From Verrucomicrobiota bacterium (lineage in GTDB: Bacteria > Verrucomicrobiota > Verrucomicrobiia > Verrucomicrobiales > DEV007), in NCBI GenBank assembly GCA_045046875.1, contig JASFYY010000019.1, forward strand, positions 1 to 64,000: 64,000 nt of DNA, read 5' to 3'. The position numbers and the translations under genes are program-made. Positions 26,751-35,873 of the stretch are shown here, one piece after another. Each line of letters begins with the position of its first letter. Within the stretch, counting starts at the first letter, position 1. The notes under the pieces are model-generated. The model ran no database searches, was not told where the DNA came from, and saw only the letters and a list, made by a program, of their open reading frames with translations.

Positions 26751-27686
26751 TCAGGCGTCGCAAAATTTGCGCATGCGGTCCAATACCGGCGGCACGTTTT
26801 CAAACGGGTCGTCGTCTTTTTCATACTCCAGCACCACATAACCTTGATAACCCGAGTCTTTGAGGATTTTGCCAATGCGATCAAGATCAGCGGGGCCGGG
26901 TTTGGGAGTGCGCATATCCACCTTGAGTTGCACATTCACCGCATAAGCAGCGGTTTCCGCGATGTCCTTGTAAGGATTGTCCGTGCGGAAATTACCGGTG
27001 TCCAAATTAACTCCGACCCAAGGGCTTTTGACCGCTCTGACGATGCGCAGCAAACGTCCGGAGTCGGCGATGCTGTCGTGGTTTTCGATGCCGAGGCAGA
27101 TGCCTTTTTTGCCCGCGTATTCACCGGCCTCTTCGAGCGCCTCCGCCGCAAAACGTTCGGCGTCTTTTTCATTCACCCCCTTGGGGTGGCGTCCGGCAAA
27201 AACCCGAATGTGGGGAGCTCCCATTAAAGCTGCGCGGTCGATCCACAAACGCACATACTCCATTTGTTTGGCTCGTTCCTCCGAGCCTTTGGGATTGGAA
27301 AAATTATTCCCTACCGCCGTGCCGCAGATTTCCACGCCGCGTTGGTGGGCATAAGCCCGCATGTCGGCATAATATTGTTCCTTGGCATCGCCGGGAAAAA
27401 AGTAACTGGTCAACTCCGCACCACCGCAGTTATGCTCGGCACAGAAGTCGACAAAACCATTCATTGTGATCTGCGGATCCTTGTTTTTTTTCGCTTTGCC
27501 CTTCATCCAGGCAAAGTGATTGCGGAAAGAATACGCTGCCAGTGCCAGTCGTAAACGCGCGCCGCCGGGAGCACGTTTGAAGGGTTCTACCGCCGCCAAA
27601 GCATCGTGTTGGAGGCCGATAGTGCCGAGTCCGGCAGCGGTCAGGCCTGCTGTTTTGAGAAAATTTCTGCGATCAGGGTTTTTCAT
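26751..27686 (-). CDS. Tat-exported sugar phosphate isomerase/epimerase (xylose-isomerase-like TIM barrel)
   Basis: DRRNFL Tat motif; ENH, NLDTGN and YQGYVVLEYE. Confidence 0.88.
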   Translation of the reverse strand: MKNPDRRNFLKTAGLTAAGLGTIGLQHDALAAVEPFKRAPGGARLRLALAAYSFRNHFAWMKGKAKKNKDPQITMNGFVDFCAEHNCGGAELTSYFFPGDAKEQYYADMRAYAHQRGVEICGTAVGNNFSNPKGSEERAKQMEYVRLWIDRAALMGAPHIRVFAGRHPKGVNEKDAERFAAEALEEAGEYAGKKGICLGIENHDSIADSGRLLRIVRAVKSPWVGVNLDTGNFRTDNPYKDIAETAAYAVNVQLKVDMRTPKPGPADLDRIGKILKDSGYQGYVVLEYEKDDDPFENVPPVLDRMRKFCDA

Positions 27687-27834
27687 AGTGGCGAGAATCT
27701 AGCACATGGCAGGCATTGGGGAAGTGGAACCTTTCGTAGCGGAGGGAAGGCGGATTCATGCAGGTAGTAGTAGCCGATCTTGATGATTGCCTTTCGCACT
27801 TGATCGACCGTCGAGCTGGCCTAATCTCTGGTCA

Positions 27835-28317
27835 GTGAAAACTATTTGCCAGATATTGTTATTGATCGCCCTGGGGCTGACGGCTTGTCGTCCTCCCGGG
27901 CCAAAAGTTATCAAGGCGGTGGATGTGGAGGACCTGCCGCCCTTTGATCCTGCGACCCAGCAGACGCTGACCCGCTTGAACATTGAGCATTTGGAACATT
28001 TTTTAGAGAGCAATCCGGATGCGATGCTGTTGGATGTGCGGGGACTTGAGGACTATGACAAGGGACACCTCCCCGGAGCGCTTTCTTTTCCCTATGACTT
28101 TGAAAAACAGTCGATACAGGAGCAATTGATTGCGCATCCTGATTATGATACCAAGAAGGTTTATTTAGCTTACGGTAGCAATGAGAACGTTTATTCGATC
28201 GAAGTTATGATTCGTATGGCAAGTGCCGGTTACCAGTATTTGAACAGCTTGAACGGTGGCATCGAAGACTGGGTCAAGCTAGGTCTGCCGGTGGAGTCGA
28301 AAGAAGTGGTGAAGTGA
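27835..28317 (+). CDS. Rhodanese-like domain lipoprotein
   Basis: Lipobox LTAC; LLDVR, GHLPGA and LNGGIEDW..GLPV; no active-site Cys. Confidence 0.8.
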   Translation: MKTICQILLLIALGLTACRPPGPKVIKAVDVEDLPPFDPATQQTLTRLNIEHLEHFLESNPDAMLLDVRGLEDYDKGHLPGALSFPYDFEKQSIQEQLIAHPDYDTKKVYLAYGSNENVYSIEVMIRMASAGYQYLNSLNGGIEDWVKLGLPVESKEVVK

Positions 28318-28422
28318 TTTTTTGCGCTCTTGTGGCGGAGTATTTGATGCAAAGCTGCGGGTGATTGCTGTTCTAGTTCCAGTTTTAGCTTTTCTCAAAA
28401 TCCTTGAAAAGGTTTTTAGTCG

Positions 28423-29697
28423 TTAGCCGTTCAGCTTGAGGCGGGCGGCGAAGGCGCCGTCGAAGCCGTCTTGCCAGGGTTGGCTTTGTTGCGAGGCTTC
28501 GAGTTGTAGGTCGGGGAATTCTTTGAGCAGGATGTCGACCACTTGCTGGTTTTCTTCGGGCTCCAGGGAGCAGGTGCTGTAAATCAGATGGCCGCCGGGT
28601 TTGAGCAGGGGCAGGCAATTCCTGGCGATGACCAGTTGCTGCTGTTGCATGCTGAGGAAGTCTTCTTCGCGCAGACGCCAGCGCACGTCGATGCGCCGCT
28701 TGATCACTCCGGTATTGCTGCAGGGGGCGTCGATGAGAATGCTGTCGAAGGAGGCGGGAGCGGGGAAGTCGGTTGCGGACTTGTCGGGATTGGACCAATC
28801 GATTTGGGCCAGTTGATAATTTTTGACATGGCTGCGGTCGAGGTTTTCGCGCAGGCGTTCGAGGCGCTTTTCGTCGCAGTCGGCGGCGAGGATGTGGCCA
28901 CTGTTCTTCATCGCTGCGGCTAACAGGATGGTTTTGCCTCCGGGCGCGGCGCAGGCATCGAGGATGTTTTGTCCGGGTTGGGCGTCGAGCAGTTGGCAGG
29001 AGAGGCGGGTGCTGGGGTCTTGGATGTAGATCAGGCCTTGCTCGATCCAGTCGCGGGGAACGGGGCCGCTGAGTTGTAGGAAATCATCCGAGGCTCCATC
29101 CACGGGCTGGGTGGATTCGCTATCGCGGATGTTTTGCAGGGCGTCCGGATTATTGCTTAGCGAGTTGAGACGCAAATACACTGAGGAGGCTTGATTGTTC
29201 CAGGCGCAGAGTTGGGTGGCGGCTTTTTCGCCGAAATGCTGGATCCAACGTTCGATCAAAAAATCGGGTTGGGAGTAAACTTCGTCCAGCGGCAATGATT
29301 GGACGAGCTCATCGAGTTCGTCTTTTTTGCGCTGGGCATTACGCAGGATGGCGTTGACCAATGAGCGGGTTTGGCGATTGTCGGCGAGCCCGACGGTTTC
29401 GTTGATAGCCGCGTGGGGAGCGATGTTGGTGTGGCGGATTTGGAACAGGCCGATGCGCAGGATCAGGCGCAAGCGGTGCTTGAGCCTTTTGTGATTGCGC
29501 AGATGGTCGATGCAAGTGTCGAGCAGGGTGAGGTTGCGGATGATGCCGTAAAAGATCTGCTGCACAAAGGCGTGGTCACGGGGTTCCAGTTGGTGTTTTT
29601 TGCTGAGGTCGGAAAGGATGCGATCCGCGTGCACGGTTTCGTTCTCCCAACGTTCAAGGCATTTCAAAGCGATACTTCTGAGTTTGGGTGAGGCCAT
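28423..29697 (-). CDS. rsmB: 16S rRNA (cytosine967-C5)-methyltransferase RsmB/Sun
   Basis: NusB-like N-terminus, IQD, DACAAPGGKT, DAPCSNTG and YSTCS. Confidence 0.9.
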   Translation of the reverse strand: MASPKLRSIALKCLERWENETVHADRILSDLSKKHQLEPRDHAFVQQIFYGIIRNLTLLDTCIDHLRNHKRLKHRLRLILRIGLFQIRHTNIAPHAAINETVGLADNRQTRSLVNAILRNAQRKKDELDELVQSLPLDEVYSQPDFLIERWIQHFGEKAATQLCAWNNQASSVYLRLNSLSNNPDALQNIRDSESTQPVDGASDDFLQLSGPVPRDWIEQGLIYIQDPSTRLSCQLLDAQPGQNILDACAAPGGKTILLAAAMKNSGHILAADCDEKRLERLRENLDRSHVKNYQLAQIDWSNPDKSATDFPAPASFDSILIDAPCSNTGVIKRRIDVRWRLREEDFLSMQQQQLVIARNCLPLLKPGGHLIYSTCSLEPEENQQVVDILLKEFPDLQLEASQQSQPWQDGFDGAFAARLKLNG

Positions 29698-29798
29698 GGC
29701 AGAGGTGGGTTCGCGCTGGTTGGGTTGTTAGGATGTCAAACAGGAGCCCTTGTTGGGGATCGACCCGTTCGCGGGTTCATTTTGGCTGAAAAATCAGC

Positions 29799-31127
29799 TC
29801 AGCTGTCTTCGCTAGAAGGAGCTCCTTCGATCGGGGCACGGCCGATGCCGTGGTATTCAAAGCCGAGCTGAGCCATCTTGCGCGGGTCGAGTAGGTTGCG
29901 GCCATCGAAGATGAGCGGAGCCAGCATGCTTTTGCGCACTGCTGAAAAATCCGCTGAGGCAAATTCGGGCCACTCGGTGGCAATGATCAGCGCCTCGGCA
30001 TCTTTGACTGCGGCTTCGGCGGAATCGACAATTTTGATTTTTGATCCGACGGGCAGGTTCTTGGCGTTCTCGGCTCCCTGCGGGTCATAAGCGGTGACTT
30101 GGGCGCCTTCTGCGACCAGTTTCTCGACCAGTTCAATGGCGACCGAACAGCGCACGTCGTCGGTATCGGGTTTGAAAGCGAGTCCCCACACGGCGATTTT
30201 TTTCTCTTGCAGCACCCACAGTTTTTTGCGGATGCGGTCGATGAAACGTTCGAGTTGGGTGACGTTGATGCGTTCGACTTCCTTGAGCAGGTCAAAGGGG
30301 GTGCCCAGTTGATCGCTGATGGCGATGAAGGCGGCGATGTCCTTGGGGAAACATGAACCACCGTATCCGAGGCCGGCGTTGAGGAAGGCGCGTCCGATGC
30401 GTTTGTCGGCGCCGATGCCTTCGGCGACCATTTCGATGTCAGCACCAGTGGCTTCGCAGACAGCTGAGACGGCGTTGATGTAGGAAATCTTAAGCGCGAG
30501 GAAAGAGTTGGCGGCGTGTTTGATCAGTTCGGCACTGTTGATGTCGGTGACCAGAATGGGGGCCATGAAAGGTTCGTAAACTTTTTTCATCAGCGCCAGA
30601 GCACGATCGCTGTTGGCTCCGATGACGATGCGGTCGGGGTTCATCAGGTCGCTGACGGCGCAGCCTTCGCGCAAAAACTCAGGATTGCTGACCACGTCGA
30701 AGTCAGAGTCGGGGGCGTAGCGTTTGATCGTCTCTGCGACTTTTTCCCCGGTGTTGACGGGCACGGTGCTTTTATCAACGATGACTTTGTAGCTGTCGAT
30801 GGCGGGGGAGATTTCCCGCGCGACTTTTTCGATGAAACGCAGATCGACGCTGCCGTCTTCATTGGGCGGGGTCGGCACGGCGATGAATACAACTTCGCCG
30901 CTTTGCACGCCTTCTTCGGTGGAGGTGGTGAATCTCAAGTTGCCTGAAGCGACGTTTTTTAATACGATCTCTTCGAGACCCGGTTCGTAAATGGGGATGT
31001 CACCTTTTAACAAACGGCCTATTTTCTCTTCGTTGTTGTCAACACAGAGGACTTCGTGGCCGACTTCAGCAAAACAAGCGCCGGTGGTGAGTCCGACGTA
31101 ACCGGATCCGATGATAGTGATTTTCAT
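29799..31127 (-). CDS. ugd: UDP-glucose 6-dehydrogenase
   Basis: GSGYVG, KSTVP, SNPEFLREG, GYGGSCFPKD and DGRN. Confidence 0.95.
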   Translation of the reverse strand: MKITIIGSGYVGLTTGACFAEVGHEVLCVDNNEEKIGRLLKGDIPIYEPGLEEIVLKNVASGNLRFTTSTEEGVQSGEVVFIAVPTPPNEDGSVDLRFIEKVAREISPAIDSYKVIVDKSTVPVNTGEKVAETIKRYAPDSDFDVVSNPEFLREGCAVSDLMNPDRIVIGANSDRALALMKKVYEPFMAPILVTDINSAELIKHAANSFLALKISYINAVSAVCEATGADIEMVAEGIGADKRIGRAFLNAGLGYGGSCFPKDIAAFIAISDQLGTPFDLLKEVERINVTQLERFIDRIRKKLWVLQEKKIAVWGLAFKPDTDDVRCSVAIELVEKLVAEGAQVTAYDPQGAENAKNLPVGSKIKIVDSAEAAVKDAEALIIATEWPEFASADFSAVRKSMLAPLIFDGRNLLDPRKMAQLGFEYHGIGRAPIEGAPSSEDS

Positions 31128-31288
31128 AAAATTGAGTGTGTGGCTAAAAACAAGTCGCGCCAATATACCCAAGCTTGGCGATACGCCAGTAATATTACAT
31201 CATTAGCGATGCGGCCAGCTGTGATGGAGCAATGAAGCTCGCGAGGCTCAGGTAAATCATGCGGCAGCAGGGATGTGCTGCCGTGTGA

Positions 31289-33796
31289 TCAGTTGGCGCC
31301 GCCGAATGAACCAGGTTGCAGGTCGATGGGCAGAGTGACTTTCGGGAAAGCTTTGAGGGTGAAGCTCATCACGACGCCCCATTCATCGGTGCCGCGGCGG
31401 CTGTCACGAATGATACCACCAAAAGATGCGGTCCAAGCGGACAGGTCGCGATGGATCTGGTATTGCTGGATTTCCAAGGTGCTGTCAGTGGCTTCGAAAC
31501 GGTGACTGGTGCTGAATCCCCAGTTTTCTCCCAGGCGGGTGTAGGTGCCGAAGGTGTAGAGGTTGCTGTCGAGGAAGAAGGGGTGGTCGTTGAGGTAATA
31601 ATTACCGAGCGAAAACTGGAAATTTTTGGTGGGCATGAAGGTCAGGTTGCTGACCATTTCAGTGAAATCGGTGGCTTGATTGAAAACCGGGATCTGGGAA
31701 TTGAGTCGAGCGGTCAACCAGGGAAGAGGATACCAGGTGATGTTGTTGAACAGGTTGGAGAAATCCCGGTCGAACTCTGGATCGTCGAGGTAAGTGTCGA
31801 AAAAGGTGTTCAACTCGAACCAGCCGAAGGTGCCTTGGTTGCGTTTGGTCTGCAGGCGGTTGATCATGCCGATGCGGGCAATATTCCAGTTCTGGATATC
31901 GTCGACGGCGGTAAAAAGCGGCAGATCCAGTGGGCGCAGGCGCGTCGTGGGGGTCAAGCGGTCGATGCGGGTGGCAAAGCCATCAGTTGGGGCGTCGGCA
32001 CTGACAAAGGAGTAGTTGAGGTAGGGCTGGGTGATGTGGCGCAGCTCGTCGATGCCCATGGCTTCGGAGAAAGCCTCGGAGTAAACCTTGGAGACTTTGA
32101 ATGAGGCATCAAAACCTGCGTGGAGAGTGGTGCGGTCTTGATCGCCGACGTTGGCGGCACCTACGTCGAGGTATTTGGTGTAACCGATACCAGCACGAGG
32201 CACCAGGGAGAGCCATCCGCCGACGGCGGTGGGGTAGAGAACTTCATGATAGGTGTCGAGGCGGGTGAAGCTGCGGTTATCGAGCAGTTGGTCGAGGTTG
32301 TTGAGCAGTGAGCGGGAAGCTTCTTCGTTGAAGTCTTCTTGCAGCACGACACTTTCTTCGCCTTTGTCTTCGTTGACGACGGTCACTAGGTTACCGTTTT
32401 TGATTTCGGCTTTGCCGTCATCAATCATACGCAAGAAGTTGTTTTGGTTTTTGCGGCTGGCTTCGCTGATACTGCGGACGTCGGTGGCGAGTTTTTCCTC
32501 GAGGATGCCGAAGGTGGTGTAACCCTGGTAAAAGACTCCAGACCCAAAGATCGGCTGACGAGTGACATCCAGAGCCAGCTCGGGCAGGCGGGTATCAGTT
32601 TGGAAAAAATCATTCAACTGGAAACGACCGGTGAGTGACAAGGTGCCGCGCGGATCAGTTTTTACCAGGTTGAGAATGTTGTCGGGTTTGGGGTCGACGG
32701 TGAATTCACGCGGGAAAAAATCGCTGTAAACAAAGGCGTCGCTGAGTTTGTTGATGTCGATGTCGAGGTAGAGGGTGCTTTTTTCGGGTCCGGGGAAATA
32801 CACACGGTGTTGCAGGTTGATACGGTAGCGGTCGGCGCTGGTATCACCAATACGGCGCTCGTTGCCGGTGAAGGATACGTTGGGAGTGCTGTCATTGGCG
32901 TAATACAGCTTGAGGCGACCAAAATTCTGGTTGCTGCGGTATCTTTGTGATTTGAATTCGATACCACCGGCCACTCCGCGACTGCTGCGCAAGTCGAATT
33001 GTGCCTGGGCGAGGGTGTGGTCACCAATCATGAAGCCGTATTGGTTCAGCAGAAAGCCACCCCAGCCGCTGTTGTAACCAGGAGTGAAAAAGTAGCCGAG
33101 TTCATCATCGAGTGGCTGTGAAAGGTAGGGCAGCCAAATGATGGGAACATTTCCTGCATAGAATTTCATGTTTTTGAAAGTGATGCGTTCGCCAGGATAG
33201 ATGCGAATGCGTTTGGCTTTCATTTTGAAAGAGGGATCTTGATTGTCGTGGGTGGTGAACCAGGAATCGGTCATTTCGATCATGTCGGTCGCACTGGTGG
33301 GGATCTCGATGTCACCGGCGTCGTAATAGATTGGCACCAGGGCTCCGCGTAGGCTGGAAGCGGTCATTTCGCCGGTATTGATGTTGTAGATCGCTTCTTC
33401 AGCGGTGTAGGATCCGCCGTCTTTGTAAATAACCACATTGCCGCGGGCAAAAACGTCACCGGTGGTTTGGTGAAATTCAGCCTGGTCAGACTGAATGGTG
33501 GTGCCTCGGTATTGGATTTCCACATTGCCTTTGGCTTTGGCGATTCCCATTTGCTCATCAAAGCTGGTCTCATCACTTTGGATCTCCAGATTCGAGGCAA
33601 GGCTGGCAGCTTGGGCAGCGACTCCGGCGGCCTGACTGAGGTCGGTAGCATCCACTCCGCTGGCTTCTTTGAGCTGGCCGAGTTTTTTGCCGGCAGCATC
33701 TAGTTGAGCAAAAGATTGCGGTGAATACAGCAGGCTGCTCAATCCGGTGATCACGCCGATAACGATCGGCAGGGCTTTACGTGGTAAGGTTCTCAT
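31289..33796 (-). CDS. lptD: LPS-assembly outer membrane protein LptD
   Basis: Signal peptide, OstA-like jellyroll (AKGNVEI, ARGNV), PGYNSGWG and C-terminal barrel strands; downstream of lpxA. Start could be as far up as 33847. Confidence 0.8.
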   Translation of the reverse strand: MRTLPRKALPIVIGVITGLSSLLYSPQSFAQLDAAGKKLGQLKEASGVDATDLSQAAGVAAQAASLASNLEIQSDETSFDEQMGIAKAKGNVEIQYRGTTIQSDQAEFHQTTGDVFARGNVVIYKDGGSYTAEEAIYNINTGEMTASSLRGALVPIYYDAGDIEIPTSATDMIEMTDSWFTTHDNQDPSFKMKAKRIRIYPGERITFKNMKFYAGNVPIIWLPYLSQPLDDELGYFFTPGYNSGWGGFLLNQYGFMIGDHTLAQAQFDLRSSRGVAGGIEFKSQRYRSNQNFGRLKLYYANDSTPNVSFTGNERRIGDTSADRYRINLQHRVYFPGPEKSTLYLDIDINKLSDAFVYSDFFPREFTVDPKPDNILNLVKTDPRGTLSLTGRFQLNDFFQTDTRLPELALDVTRQPIFGSGVFYQGYTTFGILEEKLATDVRSISEASRKNQNNFLRMIDDGKAEIKNGNLVTVVNEDKGEESVVLQEDFNEEASRSLLNNLDQLLDNRSFTRLDTYHEVLYPTAVGGWLSLVPRAGIGYTKYLDVGAANVGDQDRTTLHAGFDASFKVSKVYSEAFSEAMGIDELRHITQPYLNYSFVSADAPTDGFATRIDRLTPTTRLRPLDLPLFTAVDDIQNWNIARIGMINRLQTKRNQGTFGWFELNTFFDTYLDDPEFDRDFSNLFNNITWYPLPWLTARLNSQIPVFNQATDFTEMVSNLTFMPTKNFQFSLGNYYLNDHPFFLDSNLYTFGTYTRLGENWGFSTSHRFEATDSTLEIQQYQIHRDLSAWTASFGGIIRDSRRGTDEWGVVMSFTLKAFPKVTLPIDLQPGSFGGAN

Positions 33797-34014
33797 TTCG
33801 CTTTGATGGAGAAAATATAACATGATACGGGCAATTGATAGCCGCATTATGAAAGTTATTAGAAATTCTAGTTATTAGGAATTGTAAAATTTTACAGCTA
33901 AACCGCAAGTTATCTATAATGGAAATAGGCTTTTTAACAACAAATCGAGTAAAAAACCACTAAAAACTGCACTTTTTCCCACTCAGACATCAGTGTGACA
34001 TTACGAAAATACCC

Positions 34015-34794
34015 TTATCTGGTGCGCATACAATAGCCGAGTTTTGACTTTTGGCTTAAAAAAGTGATAAATTTTTCTGCTTCATTGCTCCATGATTTCT
34101 CTTCAGCGGCGGCGAGAGCTTGTTGTCGGTTGAGGTCTTGACGGTAGAAGATCTGGTAAAGTTGTTTGATCTCACGACGGATGGCGGGGGCGAAACCTGC
34201 CCGTCTCAGGCCGACAGAGTTCAAACCCACAATGTTGTTTAAACCTGCGGCGGTGACGTAGGGCGGGATGTCCTGGGAAATCGAGGCGTGCCCTTGCAGC
34301 ATGACGAAGTCGCCGATGCGGGCAAACTGGTGTACTCCGGCTCCTCCTCCGATGAAGCAGTTGTGGCCAATGGTGATATGTCCGCCAAGCATGGTATTAT
34401 TGGCCAGGACATTGCCGTCTCCGAGCAGGCAATCATGGCCGAGGTGGGTGCCTACCATGAAAAAATTGTTTTGCCCGATCTGGGTAAGTCCGTTTTCGGT
34501 TAAGCTGCGGTGGATGGTGACATGCTCGCGGATGATGCTGCCGGTCCCGATCACGACGCCGCTGGGCATCTGCGGGTCGAAGCCGATGGATTGGGGATCA
34601 CCCCCGATGATGCTGCTGGGCCAGATGTGGCAGTTTTCGCCGAGGGTCACATCGCCCAGTAGGTGCACATGGCTATGGATTTTGCTGCCACTGCCAACGC
34701 ACGCGCCGGCTTCAATGATGGTGAACGCGCCAACTTCGACATCGTCGGCGATGTCGGCTTGCGGGTGGATGACGGCGGTCGGGTGGATTTTCAA
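34015..34794 (-). CDS. lpxA: Acyl-ACP--UDP-GlcNAc O-acyltransferase
   Basis: IHPTAVI hexapeptide repeats, IREHVTIHR, HLGHDC, HQF, DIPPY and GLN.VGLRR; TTG start inferred. Confidence 0.9.
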   Translation of the reverse strand: MKIHPTAVIHPQADIADDVEVGAFTIIEAGACVGSGSKIHSHVHLLGDVTLGENCHIWPSSIIGGDPQSIGFDPQMPSGVVIGTGSIIREHVTIHRSLTENGLTQIGQNNFFMVGTHLGHDCLLGDGNVLANNTMLGGHITIGHNCFIGGGAGVHQFARIGDFVMLQGHASISQDIPPYVTAAGLNNIVGLNSVGLRRAGFAPAIRREIKQLYQIFYRQDLNRQQALAAAEEKSWSNEAEKFITFLSQKSKLGYCMRTR

Positions 34795-34993
34795 AAGAGT
34801 GCTGAACCTGTAATGGAAATAGCTGTGATGTAAAGCGGCGAAATGCTGCCCAGCATTGGAAGAACGGGGAGGCAGCGATCTAAAAACAGGGCACAAGAAA
34901 GAAAATTAGATGGGGTCTGTCCCATTATAGACCATTATAGCCTGATTGGCAGATGTTGGCATGTAGAGGGGAGATGGAACGGTGCAACGAAAT

Positions 34994-35698
34994 TCAGAGC
35001 AATCCCATCTCGCGGAAGCTGAAATAGGCTTGATCCGATTGGGCGGAAGGGGTTCCGATGATGATATGGTCGAGCATTTCGATGCTGACGTGTTCGCTGG
35101 CGAGTTTGAGTTGGCTGGTCAGCTTGCGGTCGGCTCTGCTGGGGGAGGGGTCGCCACTGGGGTGGTTGTGAACGAGGATGAAGGCATAAGCCGAGTGGGT
35201 GATTGCGGCGCGCAGGATCTCGCGCGGATGGGCGATGCATTCGTTGAGGCCGCCTTTGGAAATCTCCTGGACTTGGATCAGGTGGTATTTGGTATTGAGC
35301 AGCAAAACCTGGAGGGATTCGTGGTTGAGGGACTGCAGGGTGGGGCCGAGCAGGTCATAGACGGCTTCCGGGCTGTCGAGCGGGGACTGGGAGCGGCGTT
35401 CGATGGCCAGCCGTTTGCCAAATTCAAAAATAGCCGCCAGTTGGCAGGCTTTGGCCGGGCCAATTCCCTTGATTTGCATCAAATCGTTGAGGCTACGTCG
35501 GGAGAGGGCTTGCAGTGAGCCCGATTGCTTGACCAGCATCCGCCCCATGTCGATGGCATTCATTCCGGGCAGTCCGGTGCCGAAAAAGAGCGCCAGCAGT
35601 TCGGCGTCCGTTAGCGCAGAAGCTCCGCGTTGCAAAAGTTTCTCCCGGGGCTTTTCTTCCTCGGGCATGTCGGCGATACGTTCATTTTTTGAGACCAC
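34994..35698 (-). CDS. radC: RadC / JAB (MPN) domain protein
   Basis: PREKL, HhH motif KGIGPAKA, HNHPSGDPSPS.AD and LDHIII. Confidence 0.93.
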   Translation of the reverse strand: MVSKNERIADMPEEEKPREKLLQRGASALTDAELLALFFGTGLPGMNAIDMGRMLVKQSGSLQALSRRSLNDLMQIKGIGPAKACQLAAIFEFGKRLAIERRSQSPLDSPEAVYDLLGPTLQSLNHESLQVLLLNTKYHLIQVQEISKGGLNECIAHPREILRAAITHSAYAFILVHNHPSGDPSPSRADRKLTSQLKLASEHVSIEMLDHIIIGTPSAQSDQAYFSFREMGLL

Positions 35699-35873
35699 TA
35701 TGGAGTGTTGACCAGTAGAGTGGTTTGGTGCAAGTCAGAAATAATTGAGAATGTTGTTAGTAAAAAGAGGGCATGGAGAGGTCCTTTTGAGGGTTTTAGG
35801 AAAAATTTGGAATGAACTTGGTTTTTGACATCGGGCCGGTGGAATATTAACAGGTAAGAACCGATGGGCCTGA

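Noticed and set aside
29763..29776. ACCCG-TTCG-CGGGT hairpin between ugd and rsmB
   Set aside because: Only 5 bp, with no U tract on the coding strand
34910..34926. ATGGGGTCTGTCCCATT REP-like palindrome
   Set aside because: Single short degenerate copy in the window; insufficient support
34994..35698. radC as a marker of a mobile or anti-defence island
   Set aside because: Full-length chromosomal form with HhH domain, located among housekeeping genes
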